A DNA stretch of 33,522 nt from an uncultured Clostridia bacterium (GTDB taxonomy: Bacteria; Bacillota; Clostridia; TANB77; CAG-508). The translations under genes were made by a program, and so were the position numbers. The stretch's first letter is position 1; each line of letters begins with the position of its first letter. Below the pieces are notes generated by a model, which saw only the letters and a program-made list of their open reading frames with translations, did not search any database and was not told the origin of the DNA. Location of the stretch: contig CATJZH010000142.1 of assembly GCA_949746285.1 (NCBI GenBank), positions 1 through 33,522 of the forward strand. The letters are read 5' to 3'. This document shows positions 1 through 10,200 of the stretch, in pieces.

Positions 1-219
1 ATTATGATGTTTAAATATTATCATTTAACATATTTACAAGAATTAGTTTTTCATATACAATGTAAAAAAATCAAATTGAAGTTATATTTTAAACGTAATG
101 AAATATATTTTAGAAACAGTAAGAATAAATGACCTAATGGTCAGAAAAGAATAAAACTATTGATTTTTTTTATAAAAGAAATTAAAATATTAATGTCTAA
201 GTTATTGGAGGTAAGAACT

Positions 220-1239
220 TTGAAAATATTATTAGATGCAATGGGAGGAGATAATGCTCCTGATGCCAATATTAAAGGTGCAGTTAGAGCTTCTAAAGAG
301 ATAGAAGCAGAAATAGTACTAATAGGAAATGAAGAAGTAATAAATGAAAAAGTAAAAATGTTTTATGGAAAAGACACAATATCTGAATTATCAGATAAAA
401 TAACAATAAAACATACAACAGAAAAAATAGAAATGGAAGATACACCAACAATAGCAATAAAACATAAAAAAGATTCATCTATGGTAGTTGGTTTTAGAAT
501 GTTAAAAGAGGGAGAAGGAGATGTGTTTATATCTGCTGGAAACTCTGGAGCATTATTAACAGGAGCAACATTATTGGTTGGAAGAATAAAAGGAATAGAT
601 AGACCAGCAATAGCACCAATGTTACCAGCATACAAAAAAAGTTTTATGCTAATGGATGCAGGAGCAAATACTAATTGTAAGCCTTTAAATTTAGTTCAAT
701 TTGCCCAAATGTCCACAATATATTTAAAAAATACTTTTGGAATTGAAAAACCAAAAATAGGATTATTAAATATAGGGACAGAAGATACAAAAGGTAATGA
801 CTTAGTAAAAGAAACATATAATTTATTAAAAGAACATAGTGAAGAATATGGAGTTAATTTCATAGGAAACATAGAAGGAAGAGATTGTTTTTCTGGTGAA
901 GTAGATGCAGTTATTACTGATGGTTTTACAGGTAATATATTCTTAAAAACAACAGAAGGGGTGGGAAAACTTGTAAAACGAAACTTAACAGAAAGTTTAA
1001 AACGAAATATATTGACAACAATAGGTGCAATTCCATGTTTACCTGCAATAAAAAGATTTGCTAAAACTATGGACTATAAAGAATATGGTGGAGCATTATT
1101 TTTAGGTGTAAAAAAACCAGTTGTAAAAGCACATGGTAGTAGTGACGAGTACTTATTTTATTTTACAATAAAACAAGCGGAAAACTTTGTAAAAAGTGGA
1201 GCTGTAGATAAAATGAAAGAAGAATTTGAAAAAAAATAA
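220..1239 (+). CDS. plsX: Phosphate acyltransferase PlsX
   Basis: DAMGGDNAP, SAGNSGA, DRPAIA, DAGAN, GLLNIGTE and KAHGSS motifs. Start moved from 160 to the TTG at 220, which follows a GGAGG RBS. Confidence 0.96.
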   Translation: MKILLDAMGGDNAPDANIKGAVRASKEIEAEIVLIGNEEVINEKVKMFYGKDTISELSDKITIKHTTEKIEMEDTPTIAIKHKKDSSMVVGFRMLKEGEGDVFISAGNSGALLTGATLLVGRIKGIDRPAIAPMLPAYKKSFMLMDAGANTNCKPLNLVQFAQMSTIYLKNTFGIEKPKIGLLNIGTEDTKGNDLVKETYNLLKEHSEEYGVNFIGNIEGRDCFSGEVDAVITDGFTGNIFLKTTEGVGKLVKRNLTESLKRNILTTIGAIPCLPAIKRFAKTMDYKEYGGALFLGVKKPVVKAHGSSDEYLFYFTIKQAENFVKSGAVDKMKEEFEKK

Positions 1240-1246
1240 AAAATGC

Positions 1247-1275
1247 TTGACAATTTAATAAACATATAATAAAAC
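1247..1275 (+). promoter_or_regulatory. Possible sigma-A promoter of acpP
   Basis: Perfect TTGACA at 1247-1252, but the -10 at 17 bp spacing is imperfect (TAAAAC). Confidence 0.4.
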
Positions 1276-1318
1276 TAGATTATAAAATTTAGTAACAAAT
1301 TAAAGGAGGTATAACATT

Positions 1319-1558
1319 ATGAACACAGAAGAAATTTTTGAAAAAGTTAAAGCAATAATTGTAGAACAATTAGGTGTTGCTGAAACTTCAGTAGAAATGG
1401 AAGCATCTTTTATAGATGATTTAGGTGCAGATTCTTTAGATATAGTTGAATTAGTTATGGCATTAGAAGAAGAATTTGACTTAGAAATTCCAGATGCAGA
1501 TGCAGAGAAAGTAGTTACAGTTGGAGATGTAGTAGAATATATCAAAGAAAATGTGTAA
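1319..1558 (+). CDS. acpP: Acyl carrier protein
   Basis: [20 protein letters not shown] phosphopantetheine-site motif; AAGGAGGT RBS. Confidence 0.98.
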   Translation: MNTEEIFEKVKAIIVEQLGVAETSVEMEASFIDDLGADSLDIVELVMALEEEFDLEIPDADAEKVVTVGDVVEYIKENV

Positions 1559-1577
1559 TATATAATGCAAAATATAT

Positions 1578-1612
1578 AAAATAGGCTTCTAATTATAGAA
1601 GTCTATTTTTTT
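1578..1612 (+). terminator. Rho-independent terminator after acpP
   Basis: AAAATAGGCTTCTA-loop-TAGAAGTCTATTTT stem followed by a T-run. Confidence 0.8.
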
Positions 1613-1691
1613 GTTATAATTCATAATTTACAAAATAAATTATGAACTGTAACATTAACATATCATTTATATATTTTTTTATTAAAATTAC

Positions 1692-1720
1692 TTGTAAATA
1701 AAGGAAAAGATGTATAAAAT
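1692..1720 (+). promoter_or_regulatory. Sigma-A promoter of the rnc operon
   Basis: TTGTAA-17bp-TAAAAT. Confidence 0.6.
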
Positions 1721-1739
1721 ATAAATATTATAAAAGGGG

Positions 1740-2429
1740 ATGAAAATATTGAAAAACGACTTAGAAGTTTTTGAAAAGAACATTGGATATTCATTTAATA
1801 ATAAAGAATTATTAAAAACAGCATTAACACATACATCATATGCATATGAAAATAAAGTAAAAAGTTATGAAAGACTAGAATATTTAGGAGATAGTATATT
1901 AGAATTTATAAGTAGTAAATACTTATTTGAGAATTTCGAGAAATTAACAGAAGGAGAAATGACTAAAGTTAGAGCTTATGCAGTGTGTGAAGATAGTTTA
2001 TACAAAATAGCTATAAAGCATAATTTTAGTGATTTTTTGTATTTAGGTAGAAGTGAAAAAATGTCAAATACTGATAAGAAAGCAATTTTAGCAGATTCAG
2101 TAGAAGCAGTTATAGCAGCAATGTATTTAGATTCGCAAAGTATTAATGTTGTTCAAGATTTTGTTATGGAAAACATTAAACCTCAAGTTGAATTTGCAAG
2201 TCATCATATAGGAGTTAAAGATTATAAAACAGTATTACAAGAAAAATTACAAGAACATGGTGAAGTTCAAATTAAATATAATATAATAAATGAAGAAGGT
2301 CCAGATCATAATAAAACTTTTACAGCTGAAGTTGAATGTGATGGAAAAAAGTTAGCAGTTGGAATTGGAAGAAGTAAAAAAATGGCAGAAATGGAAGCTG
2401 CAAGAAAAGCAATAAAAATTTTGAAGTAG
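1740..2429 (+). CDS. rnc: Ribonuclease III
   Basis: ERLEYLGDSIL signature, ADSVEAVIAA and a C-terminal dsRBD (DYKTVLQE...GPDH...SKKMAEMEAA). The true start may be the TTG at 1749. Confidence 0.97.
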   Translation: MKILKNDLEVFEKNIGYSFNNKELLKTALTHTSYAYENKVKSYERLEYLGDSILEFISSKYLFENFEKLTEGEMTKVRAYAVCEDSLYKIAIKHNFSDFLYLGRSEKMSNTDKKAILADSVEAVIAAMYLDSQSINVVQDFVMENIKPQVEFASHHIGVKDYKTVLQEKLQEHGEVQIKYNIINEEGPDHNKTFTAEVECDGKKLAVGIGRSKKMAEMEAARKAIKILK

Positions 2430-2466
2430 AAAATACTATATTTAGATGGAAGATAGGAGGTGCATA

Positions 2467-3543
2467 ATGAAAAAACAATATATAATACCAATATTTGTTC
2501 CACATTTAGGATGTCCAAATGATTGTACATTTTGTAATCAGAAAAAGATTAGTGGTGAATTAAGAAATATTACAGAAAAAGATGTACAAGAAACAATAGA
2601 ATTTTATTTATCAAATTTTAAATCAAAGGATGCATATACAGAAGTAGCATTTTATGGAGGAAGTTTTACAGGTATAGAAGTAGAATTACAAGAAAAGTTA
2701 TTACAAACAGTGTATGAATATATTAAAGAAAAGAAAATAAATGCAATTAGAATTTCTACTAGACCAGATTATATAGATAAAGAAACCTTAAAAAGATTAA
2801 AAAAATATAAAGTTAAAACAATAGAATTAGGAGTTCAATCAACAAATAATTTTATTTTGGAAAAATGTAGAAGAGGACATACATATGAAGATGTTGTAAG
2901 GGCATCAAGACTAATTAGATGGCATGGGTTTAAACTTGGACATCAAATGATGATAGGACTTCCAGAAAGTACAGAAGCTGATGATATAAAAACAGCACAA
3001 GATTTAATAAGATTAAAACCGAAGATAGTTAGAATATATCCAGTATTGGTCATAAAAGATACTAAATTAGAAGAAGAATATAAAAATGGTACATATGAAC
3101 CTTTAACTGTAAACCAAGCAGTTGAAAGATGTAAAGAAATTTGTTATTTATTTATGAAGAAAAAAATAAAGATAATTAGAATAGGTTTGCAAAGTACAGA
3201 AACTATAACTTCTCCAAACAAAGAAAGTAGTGAAGTAGTTGCAGGACCATATCATGAAACTTTCAGACAATTAGTAGAAACAGCAATATATTATGATACT
3301 ATAGAAAACAAAATAAAAAAAGTAAATAGTAAAATAAAAGAAGTTGAAATAATTGTAAATCCTCAAGATGCTAATAATGTTATAGGATACAAAAAGGAAA
3401 ATATAAATAGATTAAAAGAATTGTATGATGTAGATGTTGTAATAAAACAAGATATTAAACAAAAATTAAATAAAATAGATGTTAAACCAACTAAAATACA
3501 TAAAGATTTTATTGATGATAAAGAAGAAGTAAAAATAAAATAA
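2467..3543 (+). CDS. Elp3/YhcC-like radical SAM protein
   Basis: CPNDCTFC (CxxxCxxC), FYGGSFT, ISTRPD and ELGVQS motifs; this family commonly follows rnc in Clostridia. Start set at ATG 2467 after AGGAGG. Confidence 0.88.
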   Translation: MKKQYIIPIFVPHLGCPNDCTFCNQKKISGELRNITEKDVQETIEFYLSNFKSKDAYTEVAFYGGSFTGIEVELQEKLLQTVYEYIKEKKINAIRISTRPDYIDKETLKRLKKYKVKTIELGVQSTNNFILEKCRRGHTYEDVVRASRLIRWHGFKLGHQMMIGLPESTEADDIKTAQDLIRLKPKIVRIYPVLVIKDTKLEEEYKNGTYEPLTVNQAVERCKEICYLFMKKKIKIIRIGLQSTETITSPNKESSEVVAGPYHETFRQLVETAIYYDTIENKIKKVNSKIKEVEIIVNPQDANNVIGYKKENINRLKELYDVDVVIKQDIKQKLNKIDVKPTKIHKDFIDDKEEVKIK

Positions 3544-3580
3544 ATAGTATAAAAAAACTAAAAATATTGATACTAAAAGT

Positions 3581-4417
3581 ATGAATATTTTTAGTTTTTT
3601 TTATGAGATTATATTAATTATAATGGGATGTTTATTAGCATCGTTTGGTACAGCTAATTTCCTTTTGCCAAATCAATTGTCAAGTGGTGGATTTGCAGGA
3701 ATAGCAACAATATTTTATTATTTTTTTAATATTCAAATGGGTACAACAATTATGGTTTTAAATATTCCATTATTTATATGGGGATATTTAAAAATGGGCT
3801 GGAAATTTATATTAAAAACTATTTTTGCTACATTTTTATATTCAGGACTTATTGATATATTTGCAAATTTTAGTTTTTTTGTAAGTGATAGACTACTATC
3901 TAGTATATATGGAGGGGTTCTTATAGGTTCTGGACTAGCTTTAGTTCTTAAAGCAAATACATCTACAGGTGGTACAGATTTAATTGCATATATAGCACAA
4001 AATTATAATGTTCATATTAAAATGAGTAATATTATTATGATTATAGATATTTTAGTTGTTTTTACTAATCTTATTGTTTTTAGAGAACTTGAAATCGGAT
4101 TATATTCTGCAATTGCGATATTTCTTATAGGTAAAATGATAGATGTAGTATTTGAAGGTATAAATTTTTGTAAGATTATTTATATAATTTCAGATAGTTA
4201 TGATGATATAATGAAAGTTATAAATTTGGAAATGCGAAGAGGAGCTACCGGTTTATATGGAAAGGGTAGCTTTAGCCAAAAAGATAAAATGATAATTATG
4301 TGTGTATCTAAAAGAAGAGATATTGAAAAAATAAAAACAATATCTAAAAAAATTGATTCAAAATCTTTTATAATTGTTACTGACGCAAGAGAAGTATATG
4401 GATTAGGTTTTAAATAA
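3581..4417 (+). CDS. YitT family membrane protein (C-terminal DUF2179)
   Basis: Multiple TM segments, SGGFAG, STGGTD, RGAT..G.G and IDSKSF...EVYGLGF. Confidence 0.9.
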   Translation: MNIFSFFYEIILIIMGCLLASFGTANFLLPNQLSSGGFAGIATIFYYFFNIQMGTTIMVLNIPLFIWGYLKMGWKFILKTIFATFLYSGLIDIFANFSFFVSDRLLSSIYGGVLIGSGLALVLKANTSTGGTDLIAYIAQNYNVHIKMSNIIMIIDILVVFTNLIVFRELEIGLYSAIAIFLIGKMIDVVFEGINFCKIIYIISDSYDDIMKVINLEMRRGATGLYGKGSFSQKDKMIIMCVSKRRDIEKIKTISKKIDSKSFIIVTDAREVYGLGFK

Positions 4418-4639
4418 TTATTTATCTAATCCATATGGCTCTTCCATATCTGTATCTCCAATAATATAGTCTGGACTGGTTTTATAATATCTTGATAATT
4501 TTAATAATAATGAAATTGTTAAATCTTGCTTTCCAGTTTCATAAAGAGAATATGAAGCTTGTGAAATTCCTAATATTTTAGAAAGTTCAGCTTGTGTTAA
4601 TTTATTTTTTTTCCTTAATAGTTTCAGTCTTACATACAT
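4418..4639 (-). CDS. XRE/Cro-CI family HTH transcriptional regulator
   Basis: LKLLRKKNKLTQAELSKILGISQASYSLYETG HTH pattern; AAGGGG RBS. Confidence 0.9.
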   Translation of the reverse strand: MYVRLKLLRKKNKLTQAELSKILGISQASYSLYETGKQDLTISLLLKLSRYYKTSPDYIIGDTDMEEPYGLDK

Positions 4640-4682
4640 GTAAAATACCCCTTTTCAAAAAATTCTATATTTCTATATATAG

Positions 4683-4711
4683 ATTATATATACTTACGAA
4701 GAATTTTACAA
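4683..4711 (-). promoter_or_regulatory. Sigma-A promoter of the downstream XRE gene
   Basis: Minus strand reads TTGTAA-17bp-TATAAT. Confidence 0.6.
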
Positions 4712-4731
4712 TAATGTTTTTCGATATAATT

Positions 4732-4959
4732 TTATTTTTTACTTTCAGGATACCTTTTAAACACATTTGTTTCTCCTACAATATAGTCAATACTGGTGTT
4801 GTATCGTTTGGCTAAAATTCTTAATAAATCAACAGGAATATCTCGTTTTCCATTTTCATATAAGCTATATTGAGGTCTAGTTATACCTAATAATTCTGAA
4901 ACTGTTTTTTGTGATAAATCATTATCCTCTCTTAAATCTTTTAAACGTTTTATATACAT
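4732..4959 (-). CDS. XRE/Cro-CI family HTH transcriptional regulator
   Basis: RLKDLREDNDLSQKTVSELLGITRPQYSLYENGKRDIP. Start set at ATG 4959 after AGAGGT (the ORF track starts at 4989). Confidence 0.9.
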   Translation of the reverse strand: MYIKRLKDLREDNDLSQKTVSELLGITRPQYSLYENGKRDIPVDLLRILAKRYNTSIDYIVGETNVFKRYPESKK

Positions 4960-5007
4960 ATTAAACCTCTTTTCTACAATATCCGACATTTTTTTTATTT
5001 TATCATT

Positions 5008-5047
5008 GTATTCAATTAAATACTTAATTGCGTATTCGTTTAGATAC
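5008..5047. promoter_or_regulatory. Two 16-bp imperfect palindromes, candidate XRE operators
   Basis: GTATTCAATTAAATAC (5008-5023) and GTATTCGTTTAGATAC (5032-5047), next to a minus-strand extended -10 TGATAAAAT. Confidence 0.5.
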
Positions 5048-5075
5048 GAGTTCTTAAATAAGGGTTAATTTTCTA

Positions 5076-5104
5076 TTGATTATTTGGAAAAAATATAATA
5101 AAAT
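5076..5104 (+). promoter_or_regulatory. Sigma-A promoter of the ogg...udg operon
   Basis: TTGATT-17bp-TAAAAT. Confidence 0.55.
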
Positions 5105-5134
5105 AAATTAACAAATTTATTTTAAGGAAAGTAT

Positions 5135-6007
5135 ATGGAAAAATATATATTACAAAATCAAGAATCTTTTAATTTAGAACATATTTTTGAATGTGGACAA
5201 TGTTTTAGATGGAATAAGAATTCTGATGGAGATTATGTTGGAGTAATAAATAAAGCAGTTATAAAGGTAAAACAAGATAAAGAAAAAGTTATATTTACTG
5301 GAGAATGTAAAAATTCAAATTTTAAAGACCTTATAAGATATTATTTTGATTTAGATACAAATTATTCAGAGTATAAAGAAAAACTTTCTAAAATCGATAA
5401 TAATATGAAAGAAAGTATAAAATTTGGTGAAGGAATACGTATATTAAAACAAGATTTATGGGAATGTATAATTTCATTTATAATATCTGCGAATAATAAT
5501 ATTCCAAGAATAAAAAAAATAATAGAAAGATTATCTGCTACATATGGAGAAAAAATTGAATTTGAAGGATTAGATTATTATACTTTTCCAACAGTAGAAA
5601 GGTTATCAAAAGCTTCTGTAGAAGATTTAAGAGCCTTAGGATTAGGGTTTAGAGATAAAAGAATTTATAATACAACAAAAATGATATTAAATAAAGAAGT
5701 AAATTTAGAATATATAAACAAATTAGAAGATACAAATCGAATGCGAGAAGAACTTCTTAAATTAGATGGAGTTGGACCAAAAGTAGCAGACTGTATATTA
5801 CTGTTTGCATTAAAAAGATTAGATGTTTTTCCAATAGATGTTTGGGTAAGAAGAGTTATGAATGATTTATATATACATAATGAAGATGAAAATAAGGTAA
5901 ATAAAAATGAATTACAAAAACTTGCAGAAGACAAATTTTTAGGATTATCTGGAATGGCACAACAGTATTTATTTTATTGGAGAAGAGAATTAGAAAAACA
6001 TGCTTAA
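5135..6007 (+). CDS. ogg: 8-oxoguanine DNA glycosylase (Ogg, HhH-GPD family)
   Basis: ECGQCFRW N-domain, SANNNIPRI, HhH LDGVGPKVADC and FPIDVWV. Confidence 0.92.
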   Translation: MEKYILQNQESFNLEHIFECGQCFRWNKNSDGDYVGVINKAVIKVKQDKEKVIFTGECKNSNFKDLIRYYFDLDTNYSEYKEKLSKIDNNMKESIKFGEGIRILKQDLWECIISFIISANNNIPRIKKIIERLSATYGEKIEFEGLDYYTFPTVERLSKASVEDLRALGLGFRDKRIYNTTKMILNKEVNLEYINKLEDTNRMREELLKLDGVGPKVADCILLFALKRLDVFPIDVWVRRVMNDLYIHNEDENKVNKNELQKLAEDKFLGLSGMAQQYLFYWRRELEKHA

Positions 6008-6047
6008 AAGTTAATTGGAATAATAATTTAAAAGGAGTAAAGATTTT

Positions 6048-7241
6048 ATGAGAAATAAAAAAGATAATTTTATAACAACATTGTTAGCCCTAATAATGAT
6101 TATTATTTTTTTATTAACAGTATATTTTTGTTTAGATGTATTTGGAATAATTGAAGTACCCAGCAAGTATAGCTTAGCTTCTTTGTTTTATTCTAAAATA
6201 GAAGTTATAGCTTCAGGAGAGAGTATAACAGAAGATATAACATCAGTATCAGGAAAGAAAAATAAAATTGTAGTAAATAGAGATAATAAAACTTCACCTA
6301 CTTCTTCAGATGTTCAAAATCCTCTAGATCTTTTGAATATTGATGAACAGTCAAATACACAAAGTCAAATAAATTCATATTCTTCAAATAGATTTTATTA
6401 TAATCAATTAGATGAATATGGAAAAACAATATATACAGGATTATATAAAAATATTGGTAATTTAAAAACAGGAACAGCTGTAACAGATTTTGGAATGTCA
6501 TTTAATAGTTTATTACAAGAAGAAGGCGGAAATGAAGTTCTTGGTAATGCATTAGATGGAGCAATAAATGCTTTAGTTCTTGATAATCCAGAACTATTTT
6601 ATATAGACATAACAAAAATGTTTTTATTAACTAATATTACAACAAAACTTTTTTCAACCACATATACAGTTACAATTAGTGGAAATGGTCAAAGTTATTT
6701 AGATGAGGCTTTTAATTCTTCAGAAGAAGTAGATAGAGCAATTGCCCAAGTAGAGAAAGTAAAAGACCAAGTGTTAAAAGATGCAAGAGGGTCAGTAGAA
6801 AATAAAATTAAATTAGTACATGATTATTTAATAGATACTATAGACTATGATTTAAATGCGGGTTCTTCAGTATATGATATTTATGGAGCATTAGTAAATA
6901 GAAGAGTTGTTTGTGAAGGGTATGCAAAAGCATTTAAATATATATTAGATGATTTAGGAATTCCTTGTATAATAGTTTGTGGAACAGGAACAAACAGTTC
7001 AGGAAATACAGAAAGTCATGCTTGGAATTATGTGCAAATAGAAGATAAATGGTATGCTATTGATGTAACTTGGGATGACCCAATAATAACTAATAGTTAT
7101 AGAGGAGAAATTCCAGATAATTTCAAATATGCAAATTATTTAAAAGGATCAGATACATTTTTTAAAAATCATTTAGAAGATGAAACTATGTTAGGTAAAG
7201 TTCCATTAAATTATCCAGTAATAAGCCAAATAGATTATTAA
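6048..7241 (+). CDS. Membrane-anchored transglutaminase-like cysteine protease domain protein
   Basis: N-terminal TM helix; Cys-His-Asp triad motifs VCEGYAKAF, HAWNYV and IDVTWDD. Confidence 0.85.
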   Translation: MRNKKDNFITTLLALIMIIIFLLTVYFCLDVFGIIEVPSKYSLASLFYSKIEVIASGESITEDITSVSGKKNKIVVNRDNKTSPTSSDVQNPLDLLNIDEQSNTQSQINSYSSNRFYYNQLDEYGKTIYTGLYKNIGNLKTGTAVTDFGMSFNSLLQEEGGNEVLGNALDGAINALVLDNPELFYIDITKMFLLTNITTKLFSTTYTVTISGNGQSYLDEAFNSSEEVDRAIAQVEKVKDQVLKDARGSVENKIKLVHDYLIDTIDYDLNAGSSVYDIYGALVNRRVVCEGYAKAFKYILDDLGIPCIIVCGTGTNSSGNTESHAWNYVQIEDKWYAIDVTWDDPIITNSYRGEIPDNFKYANYLKGSDTFFKNHLEDETMLGKVPLNYPVISQIDY

Positions 7242-7263
7242 TGTTGGAGGAAAAATAATATAA

Positions 7264-10200
7264 ATGAATTTAAATTTAGTTTATGGAAGAAGTGGAACAG
7301 GAAAAAGCGAATATATTTGTAATGATATAAAAAAACATATGGGAGAAAGAAAAATATTTCTTATAGTTCCAGAACAATGTAATCTTTCAGCAGAGAAGAA
7401 ACTTTTTGATGTATTAGAATTAAGTAGTTTAATTGATATAGAAGTATTAACTTTAAGTAGAATGGCATATCGTGTTTCAAATGAGGTAGGTGGTATAAAA
7501 GACCACCTATCAAAAGTTGGAAAAGATATGCTTATTTTCGATTTAATTTCAAGAGAAAAGTCGAATCTAAATTTTTTAGGAAAATCAGAAAAAAATATAG
7601 ATATAGTAAATAGATTATTTACAGAATTGAAAAAACATCAAATATCAGTTCAAGATTTAGAGAATGCTGAGATAGATAATCAATACATGAATTTAAAATT
7701 AAGAGATATAACAAATTTATATAAAAAATATGAAGAAAAACTAAGCAATAAATTTATAGATGAAAATGATAGTCTTACATTATTAGCAGAAAACTTAAGT
7801 AAAATTAAAATGTTTGAAGATACTTTAATTTATATAGATGAGTTTTTAGGTTTTACACCTCAGGAGTATAAAGTATTTGAAGAACTTATAAAACAAACCT
7901 ATGAAATAACAGTTTCTGTAGCTGCAGATAATTTAGAAGCAGATACTTCAAAGGAAAACGATATTTTTTATTTTAATAAAAAATATGCAAATAAAATAAT
8001 TGAAATAGGAAAAAAGAATAGGGCAGAAATAAAAAAAATATGTTTAGATGAAACGCACAGATTCAAGAATGAAGAGCTAAAATTTTTAGAAAAGAATTTT
8101 AATTCTTCAAATGATAAATATAAAGATAAAGTAAGTAATATAAAGTTATTTTTATCTAGTAATCCATATATGGAGTTAGAATATGTTGCACAGAATATCT
8201 ACAACTTGGTTAAAAATTGTGGATATCGTTATAACGAAATAGGAATAATTGCAGAAGATGTGGATAAATATTCAGAAGATGCAAAAGCAGTTTGTAGTAA
8301 ATATGATATTCCATTATTTGTAGATAATAAAAAAGAACTAAATCAAAATATTTTAATAAAATTTATTATTGCAATGTTAGATATATTTGCTCAAAACTGG
8401 TCTTTTGATTCTGTATTTAATTATCTAAAAATAGGTTTATTAGATATAGAAGATGAAGATATTTATTTATTAGAAAATTATTGTAGAAAATGGGGAATAA
8501 GATCCTCAAAATTTTATAATAGAGAATTTAATTATGAACAAATAAATGACATTCAAGAAAAATTAGAAAATATTAGAAAACAAATATGTAATCCATTATT
8601 AGATTTTAAGAAAAAAGTATCTACAAATAAAGATGCAAATCAAATAACAAAAGAAATATACAACTTTTTAGATGATAATAAAATTTTTGAAAATTTGAAT
8701 ATGAAATTAAAAGAGTATAATAATATAGAACTTTCTGATGAATACAATACAAGTTATAAATTGCTAGTAGAAATTTTAGAAGAAATTTGTTTAATTTTCG
8801 GAACAGAGAGAATGACTTTTGATAAATATATAAAATTATTAGAAGTAGGATTAACATCAAGTAAACTCGGAAAAATACCTGCTACACAAGATCAAGTGGT
8901 ATTAGGAGATACTGAAAGGACAAGAAGTAATAAACTAAAGGTGGTTTTTGTAATAGGAATAAACGATGGAACATTTCCTAAAGCAAATAGGGTAGAAGGA
9001 TACTTTAACGATGAAGATAGAAGAATGCTTAAAGAAGAAGCAGGAATTGAACTTGCAAAAGACTCGGTAGATAGTTTATATGAAGAACAATTTAATATAT
9101 ATAGAACATTAACAACACCAGAAGAAAAATTATTTTTATTTTACTGTTCTTCTGACAAAGAAGGAAAGGCTATAAGGCCGTCTATTTTAATAAAGAAATT
9201 AAAAAGAATGTTTTTACATTTAGAAGAAAAAAGCGATATTATAAATAAAGAAATTGTTAAAACTAATGAAAGAGCTACTTTTGAAGAAACTCTAAATATA
9301 TATAAAGAATATTTAGAAGGAAAAGAATTAAAAGCAGATGAAGAAGGATTGCTAAGATATTTTTTCCATAAAGATAAAGCTAGAATAAAAAGAGCAATTT
9401 CAGGAATTTATTATTCAAATAAATCTGAAGATATTTCAGACGAAAATGTTGAAAAACTATATGGAGCTTCATTAAAGACTAGCGTATCACGATTAGAAAG
9501 TTATAGGAGATGTCCATTTTCATTCCACTTAACTTATGGATTAAAATTAAAAGAAAAAGAAGAAATTAAAATTGAAGCAATATCTACAGGTTCTTTTATG
9601 CATGAAGTAATTGATGAGTTTTTTAAAAGAGTAGATGAAAATAATCTTAATATTAAAGAAATTACAGAAGAAGAAATTTTAGAAATTGTAAATAAAATAG
9701 TACAAGAATTATTGCAAATGAGTAAATACTATATTTTTACTAGTTCTGCAAAGTTTAGATTACTAACAAGAAGATTAAAAAAAGTAGTATACAAATCAAT
9801 ATGCTATATAGTTTATTCTTTAAAATATAGTGATTTTTCTATTTTAGGAAATGAAATAGAATTTAGTAATAGTAGTGAATATAAAACTATAAATTTAGAA
9901 GTAGGTAATAAAAAAGTTGAAATTACTGGAAAAATAGATAGAATAGATACTGCTAAATTAGGAGATAAGCAGTATGTAAGAATAATAGATTATAAATCTA
10001 GTACAAAAGACATAGATATGAATCAAGTTTTATCAGGACTTCAAATACAGTTAATTACATATTTAGATGCTATTTGTAATCAGACAGAATTAGAAGCTAG
10101 TGGAATCTTATATATGGGCTTAATAGATAATGTAGTAAAAAATGCTAAAAATCTAAGTAATGAAGAAATAGAGAATAAGATAAGAAATAATTTCAAAATG

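Noticed and set aside
4418-4989. Prophage remnant or toxin-antitoxin locus
   Set aside because: No integrase, phage gene, toxin ORF or att-like repeat lies next to the XRE genes.
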